Assembly: GCA_041674365.1 (NCBI GenBank)
Contig: JBAYVX010000001.1
Location: 1-42,300 of the forward strand
Length of the DNA: 42,300 nucleotides
Direction of reading: 5' to 3'
From: Kiritimatiellales bacterium
GTDB taxonomy: Bacteria > Verrucomicrobiota > Kiritimatiellia > Kiritimatiellales > Tichowtungiaceae
The translations under genes and the position numbers were made by a program. Below the pieces are notes generated by a model. It was given only the letters and a program-made list of their open reading frames with translations. It did not search any database and had not been told where the DNA came from. Below, piece after piece: positions 37,813-42,300 of this stretch. Numbering within the stretch: position 1 is the stretch's first letter; each line of letters opens with the position of its first letter.

Positions 37813-37885
37813 TTTGCGCGGCCGGGCTTTGAACCGGCCTGCCGCATTACGGCCCGTGGGGGCCGTGCTCTGCGATTATGGCAAC
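37813..37885 (-). ncRNA. Twister ribozyme-like RNA, circularly permuted (type P5)
   Basis: Minus strand: CGCA-GAG...CGGCCC(loop)GGGCCG-UAA-UGCG-GC-A-GGCCG-GUUCAAAGCC-CGGCC. P1, P2, P4, T2 and conserved core bases are present; T1 is imperfect. Confidence 0.65.
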
Positions 37886-38088
37886 GGGGCATCCGTAATG
37901 TAGTCAAGGCGCATCTGGCCGTACTTGGTAGTTGTCATGATAGGGCCGTGGTTGTCCAACAAAGCGTTTATCCAGTCGTTGCCTTTGCGCGACAGGCCAT
38001 GCACGATGCGCTTGTTGTGAATGTGCTGTGACGTTCCTTTGCAGGCGGTATTGATGGTGCTGTCTCCACATGTCAATGTGATTTTCAT
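37876..38088 (-). CDS. Hypothetical early protein
   Basis: AAGGGGG RBS; 70 aa. Confidence 0.5.
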   Translation of the reverse strand: MKITLTCGDSTINTACKGTSQHIHNKRIVHGLSRKGNDWINALLDNHGPIMTTTKYGQMRLDYITDAPLP

Positions 38089-38141
38089 GATGTACCCCCT
38101 TGCCCGGCCCCCTTCGTGGCCTGCGGCGTGCGTTGCGGTGG

Positions 38142-38393
38142 TTAGTCCATGTTGTTTGATACCAGTTCGGCCATTGCTGGGTTGGGGTGATTGCCGAGGT
38201 TCAAGACCCACCAGTATTCACGCGCGTTATCGTCGAAGCATCCGGTGCGGTATCCGTGGTAGCCCTTGCCTTTGGAGGTTACGACCTTCGCCAGCTTGTC
38301 GAATGCATCCTCGCCGAGCACATCAATGCTATTCGTGCCGGGGTTCATGTAGGTTACGCCTGCGGTTTGCGCCATCTTTTCCAAATTGGTCAT
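38142..38393 (-). CDS. Hypothetical early protein
   Basis: AAAGGGGG RBS; first gene after a consensus promoter. Confidence 0.6.
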   Translation of the reverse strand: MTNLEKMAQTAGVTYMNPGTNSIDVLGEDAFDKLAKVVTSKGKGYHGYRTGCFDDNAREYWWVLNLGNHPNPAMAELVSNNMD

Positions 38394-38423
38394 GGTGTTG
38401 CCCCCTTTGTTTCATCTGTGCCA

Positions 38424-38452
38424 ATTATAAGCCATATCGCTTACAATGTCAA
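38424..38452 (-). promoter_or_regulatory. Consensus sigma-A promoter driving the leftward early operon
   Basis: Minus strand: TTGACA (38452-38447), 17 bp spacer, TATAAT (38429-38424). Confidence 0.88.
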
Positions 38453-38794
38453 GCGCGTTCTGCATGTTTAATAGTTTTGTAACATATGGCTGTGATGGTG
38501 CATATTTACACTACTTCAAAATTTAACCACGGAAAAACCTAGTAAACCTATTGACAAAGTGGTATGCTGTGGGGGAACAAAGAAGGGGGCGGACTTACTC
38601 CGTCGTTCCCCGTGAACTTAAAGCCAAGCGGAAGCTTCTGCTTCTTTAGCTTCCGTAGCCCAATAACTCGTTCGGAGAAGTATGTCTTTCAAAAGACAGA
38701 AAATCAGGAAATTGTTGGTTTATGGGGTATTTACTAGAATTAGATACGGTTGTTTGTGTATTGTGCATAGATATGACGAAGGATGTGATATGCG

Positions 38795-39373
38795 GTGGAT
38801 GTAGATTGGAAGGCCATTAAAACGGCGTATATCACATCTACGAAATCTTATAAGACGCTGGCGAAAGAGTACGGTATTTCAACGCGAATTATAAATGATC
38901 GTGGCGGCGCCGAACAATGGGTAAAACTAAGGAAGGACTATTCAGCCAAGGTTGTGCGTAACGCCGTTTCCCGCGCGTGTGAGAAGGAATCCAACAAGCT
39001 GGCAACACTCGCGGCTGCCGCTGACAAGCTATCAAATTCCATTAACGGCGTGTTCAGTGACGTTCAGCAGTTCAACCGTTTCATAGTCCCGGAAAGTTCC
39101 GAAGGCCGCACTGAATCGGTTGAGCGCGTATATAAGAAGGCCGATACTCGCGCTATGCGTGACCTGGCCGGGGCGATTAAAGACTTGAACGCATCGCTGC
39201 GCAGTCTGCATGACCTGCCCACCCGCGCCGAGCTTGAAGCGATGGCAATCAACCGCGAACGCCTGGAGATTGAAAAGGCCAAGGCATCCCAAGGCATCCC
39301 CGACGCAGACACCACCGGCGTAGTGCTGATCCCATCCGTGCCGGATACGGGCGACACAGCGCCCACTGAATAG
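38795..39373 (+). CDS. terS: Terminase small subunit
   Basis: N-terminal HTH DWKAIK.AYI....SYK.LAKEYGIS...W...R, helical oligomerisation region, C-terminal GVVLIP; upstream of terL. Confidence 0.75.
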   Translation: MDVDWKAIKTAYITSTKSYKTLAKEYGISTRIINDRGGAEQWVKLRKDYSAKVVRNAVSRACEKESNKLATLAAAADKLSNSINGVFSDVQQFNRFIVPESSEGRTESVERVYKKADTRAMRDLAGAIKDLNASLRSLHDLPTRAELEAMAINRERLEIEKAKASQGIPDADTTGVVLIPSVPDTGDTAPTE

Positions 39374-39380
39374 CCACCAC

Positions 39381-39483
39381 TCGCTTGCGTACTCTCCCCC
39401 GCAGGCGATGGCGTTGCCTGTCGCATGTGCGATGGGCGGCATAGCACCCCGGTTCGCGGCATCATCCCACCGTGGGCCGGGGT
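39381..39483 (+). ncRNA. Three consecutive G-U-rich hairpins (structured RNA candidate)
   Basis: Stems of 9, ~12 and 14 bp whose only non-Watson-Crick pairs are G-U on the plus strand. Confidence 0.5.
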
Positions 39484-39506
39484 AAATTCATATATGGAGG
39501 TCACAC

Positions 39507-39848
39507 ATGACCACGATCACCGTACAAGCCCGCGATGGCGCGTACAGCGTACAGATAGACGGACACGCATCTTATGGCCCCGCTGGGGCTGACATTGTAT
39601 GCGCTGGCATATCGGGCGCGTGTTACGTGGTGGCTGAGGGCGCTCGTGCGCTGGTGGCTGCTGGGCTGGCTGATCTGTGCGACGTACAAGCCGGTGACGG
39701 GGCATTTAAGGCGCGCGTGACCACGCACGACATACACGGACGTATAGCATGTGGGTGCTGGTACGATGGCCTTGTAGGGGCGTTCTCAACGCTTGCCGCG
39801 CAGTATCCCGATAACGTGCGGGTGATGGGCGGTGGGGCGCGTGAGTGA
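39507..39848 (+). CDS. prp: Prp (ribosomal-processing, C108/DUF464) cysteine protease; likely prohead protease
   Basis: DGHA...G.DIVCAGIS (His20/Cys32 dyad) and C-terminal LA.QYPDNV. Confidence 0.88.
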   Translation: MTTITVQARDGAYSVQIDGHASYGPAGADIVCAGISGACYVVAEGARALVAAGLADLCDVQAGDGAFKARVTTHDIHGRIACGCWYDGLVGAFSTLAAQYPDNVRVMGGGARE

Positions 39849-40239
39849 TCTACAGTATATGATAGCCGGGGATGGAACGATTGTGGGGCTGTCGCAGGAT
39901 TTGGCCGCGACGCTGCAATCAATCGCCGTGGAACAGGCTACGACGCGAGAACAACTCAAGTCGGTTTTTAGGCTGCTGGAAGAACAGCGCGAGGCAAACA
40001 AGGCGCTTAACACGCTGACGTTATCGGTGCTGTCGGCCACGGACGAAATCAAGCGGCTGCGCAAGGATGTGGACGACATGCGGTGCAAGCCGCTGCCGGA
40101 TGAGATCACACGGATGCAGGTGGACATGGACGCACTCAAAGGCAAGCCGGGCAAGCGCTGGGACATGATACAGACGGTAGCCATCACGTCGATTGTCACG
40201 GGCGTTGTGGGGTTCGTGGTGGCTAAGTTACTGGATTGA
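39841..40239 (+). CDS. Coiled-coil protein with C-terminal TM (XhlA/holin-accessory-like)
   Basis: Coiled coil followed by KPGKRWD...ITSIVTGVVGFVV. Confidence 0.6.
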   Translation: MSDLQYMIAGDGTIVGLSQDLAATLQSIAVEQATTREQLKSVFRLLEEQREANKALNTLTLSVLSATDEIKRLRKDVDDMRCKPLPDEITRMQVDMDALKGKPGKRWDMIQTVAITSIVTGVVGFVVAKLLD

Positions 40240-40342
40240 TACAAGGTGTTCGGCCAAGGAGGGATGACGGTTTCGGACATCGCATTGCGCAACGTATGCG
40301 ATTGTACATACATTGCGCCGACATACTGAAAGGGTGATACGG

Positions 40343-40531
40343 ATGCAAAGCAGATGGAAGTCCCCGGTACTGATCGCGGCGGTCATCGCGCAGGTGGTGT
40401 CGCTGCTGATCCTGTTCGGGCTGATCGATACCACGTTGGGCGACAAGATCAACCAGGCGGCGGCGCTGCTGCTGCAAGTGCTGGCGCTGGTGGGTGTGGT
40501 GAACAACCCCACTAACCCGGACGGGCTTTAG
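40343..40531 (+). CDS. Holin (small, two TM)
   Basis: QSRWKSPV..A...(TM)...(TM)GVVNNPT signature. Confidence 0.8.
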   Translation: MQSRWKSPVLIAAVIAQVVSLLILFGLIDTTLGDKINQAAALLLQVLALVGVVNNPTNPDGL

Positions 40532-40591
40532 GATCGCGGCGCACATCCATGGATTGCGTCTATGGCGGCTGGATGCGTCCGGTCGCTGCAT

Positions 40592-40668
40592 AGTCGCTTA
40601 GCTCAGTCGGTTAGAGCAACGGCCTTATAAGCCGTAGGTGCACGGTTCGATCCCGTGAGCGACAACCA
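40592..40668 (+). tRNA. tRNA-Ile (anticodon UAU) with encoded CCA
   Basis: Acceptor stem GTCGCT/AGCGAC, D-arm GCTC/GAGC, anticodon arm ACGGC-CTTATAA-GCCGT, T-arm CACGG-TTCGATC-CCGTG, ACCA end. Confidence 0.88.
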
Positions 40669-40751
40669 ATGCCTGCAAAGCCGAAACGCTGCGTTCCACG
40701 TGGCGCATTAATGTAGGCAATGCGGGCGTTTTTGAAAGGTGGTGATGGCAT

Positions 40752-42300
40752 ATGCAGCAACCGATAGACAGGCGCGTTGTGTGGGCTCCACAGCCCCGAC
40801 AGGCGGCGTTCATGTCGCGCCCCGAGTACGAAGTGCTATACGGTGGCGCCGCTGGCGGTGGAAAAACGCAAGCCCTACTCGCCGAAGCTCTCCGTCAGGT
40901 GCATATCCCGCACTACCGGGCGATTATATTCCGAAAGAAGTTCCGCGAACTCGAACACATGATCGATACTTCGAGGAAAATATACCAGGCGGCATTCCCC
41001 CGCGCTGTGTTCAATGCAAGCTCGTACTTTTGGAAGTTCCCCAGTGGCGCGAAAATATACTTCGCCAACATGCAATCGTCCAGCTTCAAGGAAATCTATC
41101 AGGGGCAAGCGTATGACTTTGTCGCGTTCGACGAGCTGACCCACTTCACGTGGGACGAGTACAGCTATATGTTTTCTCGCTGTCGTTCCAGCGGCCCCGG
41201 TCTGCGCAACTACGTTCGGGCAACCAGTAACCCCGGCGGAGTAGGCCACGGCTGGGTAAAGGATCGGTTTATCACTATCGCGCCGCCTATGACAACCATT
41301 GTGCGCAAGGATGATCTAACCTATCCTGACGGAACGATACATCACGTCGAGCGGTCAAGCATTTTTGTGCCGTCGCGAGTGTTTGACAACCCAATCCTGA
41401 TGGCGAACAGCCCGGAGTACATTGCCAACATGGCGATGATGCCGGAAGCCCAGCGGAACGCGCTGCTGTATGGATCGTGGGACAGCTTCAGCGGGCAAGC
41501 GTTCATCGAGTGGAGGGATGAACCAGACCACTACGCCGACCGGAAATGGACGCACGTCATTGACCCGTTCGACCCCCCGGAGCACTGGCGCATTTATCGT
41601 GGGTTTGACTGGGGTTTGGCAAAACCGTACTCGGTCGGTTGGTACGCCGTGGACACCGAGCGGCGCATATACCGCATACTGGAACTGTACGGCTGCACGC
41701 GGGAACCCAATACCGGCGTGAACGAGCATCCGGGCGAGATAGCCGCGCATATCCGCGAGATGGAAACGACGCACCCGTGGCTCAAGGGCAAGCGGATCAA
41801 CGGCATTGCTGACCCTGCCATATTCGCAGCGGACGCAAGCGGGGAATCCATTGCGGCGATGATGGAGCGTTCTCCGAACTTCATCCGCTTTGATCGCGGC
41901 GACCATACGCGCATTGCTGGCAAGATGCAATTCCACTATCGCATGTCGTTTGACAGCATGGGCAAGCCGATGTTCCAAGTGTTCAAGGGATGCAAGCATT
42001 TTATCCGCACGTTCCCCACGTTGGTGTACGACGAAAAGCATCTGGAGGACATCAACACGGAGCAGGAAGATCACGCCTACGATGAATGCCTAGCTGGAAG
42101 AACAAAGGTTATCACTGCTGACGGCCAAAAGAATATTAAATCGCTTGTTGGCACCGAAGGATACGTATATTCCAGCGATGGAGCGCTGCACAGATACCAC
42201 GATTGCCGTATGACACGGGAGTTTGCTCCGGTATTTACAATCATATTGGAAGATGGTACGAAGTTTAGGGCAACCGCAAACCATCCGGTGATGTTGGCGA
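40752..42300 (+). CDS. terL: Terminase large subunit (N-terminal part, intein-containing; runs off the window)
   Basis: MQQPIDRR..PQPRQ...YGGAAGGGKT (Walker A), FDELTHF (Walker B), ATSNPGG.GH.WVK, RGFDWG, EDHAYDE. Absent from the ORF track because it has no stop inside the window. Confidence 0.95.
   Translation, partial: MQQPIDRRVVWAPQPRQAAFMSRPEYEVLYGGAAGGGKTQALLAEALRQVHIPHYRAIIFRKKFRELEHMIDTSRKIYQAAFPRAVFNASSYFWKFPSGAKIYFANMQSSSFKEIYQGQAYDFVAFDELTHFTWDEYSYMFSRCRSSGPGLRNYVRATSNPGGVGHGWVKDRFITIAPPMTTIVRKDDLTYPDGTIHHVERSSIFVPSRVFDNPILMANSPEYIANMAMMPEAQRNALLYGSWDSFSGQAFIEWRDEPDHYADRKWTHVIDPFDPPEHWRIYRGFDWGLAKPYSVGWYAVDTERRIYRILELYGCTREPNTGVNEHPGEIAAHIREMETTHPWLKGKRINGIADPAIFAADASGESIAAMMERSPNFIRFDRGDHTRIAGKMQFHYRMSFDSMGKPMFQVFKGCKHFIRTFPTLVYDEKHLEDINTEQEDHAYDECLAGRTKVITADGQKNIKSLVGTEGYVYSSDGALHRYHDCRMTREFAPVFTIILEDGTKFRATANHPVMLA
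42087..42300 (+). mobile_element. Intein N-terminal splicing region (blocks A and B)
   Basis: CLAGRTKVITADG (block A) and LEDG..FRATANHPV (block B TxxH). Confidence 0.9.

Noticed and set aside
38551-38568. TTGACA...TATGCT as a single promoter for terS
   Set aside because: The spacer is only 6 bp. An extended -10 (TGGTATGCT) may function, but the pair is not a canonical promoter.
40240-40342. Hammerhead ribozyme (GAAAC...GUC on the minus strand)
   Set aside because: No CUGANGA core in the required position.
40739-42093. ORF-track ORFs at 40739-41116, 41355-42074, 41470-41721 and others
   Set aside because: They overlap the true terL frame starting at 40752.

Overview
The window is an almost complete, circularly permuted ~42.3 kb genome of a tailed dsDNA phage. 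It is probably a short-tailed podovirus (no tape measure, tail tube or sheath genes) of a Bacillota/Clostridia host, judged from sigma-A consensus promoters, a DnaD-type initiator, AbrB, peptidoglycan-binding domains and Prp-type cleavage motifs. The terminase large subunit runs off the right edge and resumes at the left edge, interrupted by a probable mini-intein; at least a few bases are missing at the junction. Plus-strand order: portal, PG-binding pilot-like protein, a 3038-aa polyvalent injected protein (zincin + ART-like domains), scaffold, N4-gp56-type capsid, adaptor/nozzle, S74 tail fibre, GDPD tail enzyme, endolysin, then a C5-like MTase, MazG-like, YqaJ/RecT, AbrB, initiator, N6/N4 MTase, DnaB, HNH, DUF5131 and RusA. 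A minus-strand early operon follows, then terS, a phage-encoded Prp protease, holins, tRNA-Ile(UAU) and terL. No integrase was found. Main highlights: a permuted (P5-type) twister-like ribozyme in the early operon; a self-encoded Prp protease with matching sites on capsid and scaffold; tandem GAAAGA-loop hairpins in the scaffold leader; an HNH gene that captured the start of DUF5131; and several structured intergenic RNAs. All calls come from manual motif recognition; no searches were run.
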